NCBI RefSeq assembly: GCF_006345805.1
Contig: NC_043021.1
Location: forward strand, 18,848,001-18,912,000
Source of the DNA: Octopus sinensis
Lineage: Eukaryota
Length of the DNA stretch: 64,000 nucleotides
Reading direction: 5' to 3'
How positions within the stretch are numbered: position 1 is the first letter of the stretch; every line of letters begins with the position of its first letter. The notes beneath the pieces were generated by a model. That model was not told the DNA's origin, did not search any database, and worked only from the letters and a program-made list of their open reading frames with translations. A program made the position numbers and the translations under genes. Positions 63,020 through 64,000 of this stretch are shown here, piece after piece.

Positions 63020-63462
63020 TCAGGGTCCAACTTCACCTGTCGGGGTCCGATTTTACCTGTCATCTTTCAAAATCCACAAAACCCCAACACTTGTATTTTT
63101 CCCCTGCACACAAGCTGATGTAGTGCTAATGCATGCATATACAGCTGCATGCGTGCGTGTGCACATACACGCGAGTACTTTCCAAATCTCTGACCAATCA
63201 CATACAGCTAGCTGGCATTCAATTGGCGTATCAAGTTTCGGGCATTTGGATTGGGTTTTGGATAGAAAATTCACAAAAAAGTCACTCCTGTTGATTTTTT
63301 AATGGCTTTGCAGGGTGACTGGGGAAATGTAAAGATGTGTACGACCACCCTTGGACGGTTTTGAATGACCATAGAAAGTGCGAGCCCTCTAACTGAAAAA
63401 TTGTGGATTTGTATAAAGGACACACACACAGACAGATATTTTGCCGTTTATATATAGAGAGA
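63020..63462 (-). mobile_element. Helitron-like non-autonomous 5' fragment
   Basis: Minus strand starts A|TCTCTATATATAAACGGC...GTCTGTGTGTG; no 3' hairpin or CTAG seen; left boundary uncertain. Confidence 0.4.
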
Positions 63463-63714
63463 TGTTGTGTAAACATTCAAAACATAGTCACTGTTTTCCC
63501 AAATCCTGCTGCATTTAATATGGGATTTTCATCCCCCAAAGTTGTCTTGGTGTGTAATTAGACCTACCTTTTCAAGGGCTGTAAATTTTAGTCTGAAAAA
63601 TTTATCCTGTATGCCATAAAATATAGTACAAACCCTTTCCCATACACATTCTCTCAAGCACATATACACAAACATTCTCTTGAACCCTTACTATATTTTC
63701 CAGCATACAAGTCA

Positions 63715-64000
63715 GTATGGTAAGCCCCAGCCCTTCCAAAGTGCCTTGGATCGTAGGATGGCCTGCTGTACTTACCTTGGACCGTTGGGCGACCTGCTGT
63801 GCTTGAGGAGACCTATTGAGTCGAGTACATCACCATCAACATCAAAAAATCAAATGGAAATTGTAGTTGTGATACCTGTGCTGGTGGCACGTAAAAAGTA
63901 CCAACCGAGCGTGGCCGTTGCCAGCCTCCTCTGGCACCTGTACCAGTGGCATGTAAAAAGCACCATCTGTACGTGGTCGATGCCAGCACCACCTTGACTG
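63715..64000 (+). mobile_element. Family E element, upstream part, running off the window
   Basis: GTGCTGGTGGCACGTAAAAAG units like those at 5245 and 15530. Confidence 0.65.

Overview
AT-rich, microsatellite-laden animal genomic DNA with one 100-N gap (29975-30074). The SINE and MITE families resemble those I associate with octopus genomes; that assignment is inference from pattern recall, not a database search. There is no intact gene. The only convincing host coding signal is one 67-nt + strand exon (39635-39701) resembling the short C2-terminal exon of novel PKC epsilon/eta genes, so the window is probably two large introns. The rest is transposable-element debris: several tRNA-headed or LINE-tailed SINE families (my labels A-E), TTAA-flanked piggyBac-like MITE pile-ups, Tc1/mariner relics, RTE and R4/Dong non-LTR fragments, Penelope-like ends with hammerhead motifs, Helitron/Helentron-like pieces and long minisatellites. 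Most long ORFs in the track are repeat translations. Most notable: (1) a 280-bp double-hairpin (dumbbell) unit repeated head-to-tail at 21.5-22.2 kb, the pattern rolling-circle copying of a rod-like circle would give, though a sequencing artefact is not excluded; (2) a 36-bp in-frame minisatellite grown inside an R4/Dong endonuclease coding region; (3) four type I hammerhead motifs, one with an intact core and two with a shared A6U variant; (4) a stack of (TAA)n-bounded retroelements just upstream of the exon; (5) a ~200-bp near-perfect hairpin at 59.2-59.4 kb. Coordinates were counted by hand; repeat boundaries are approximate.
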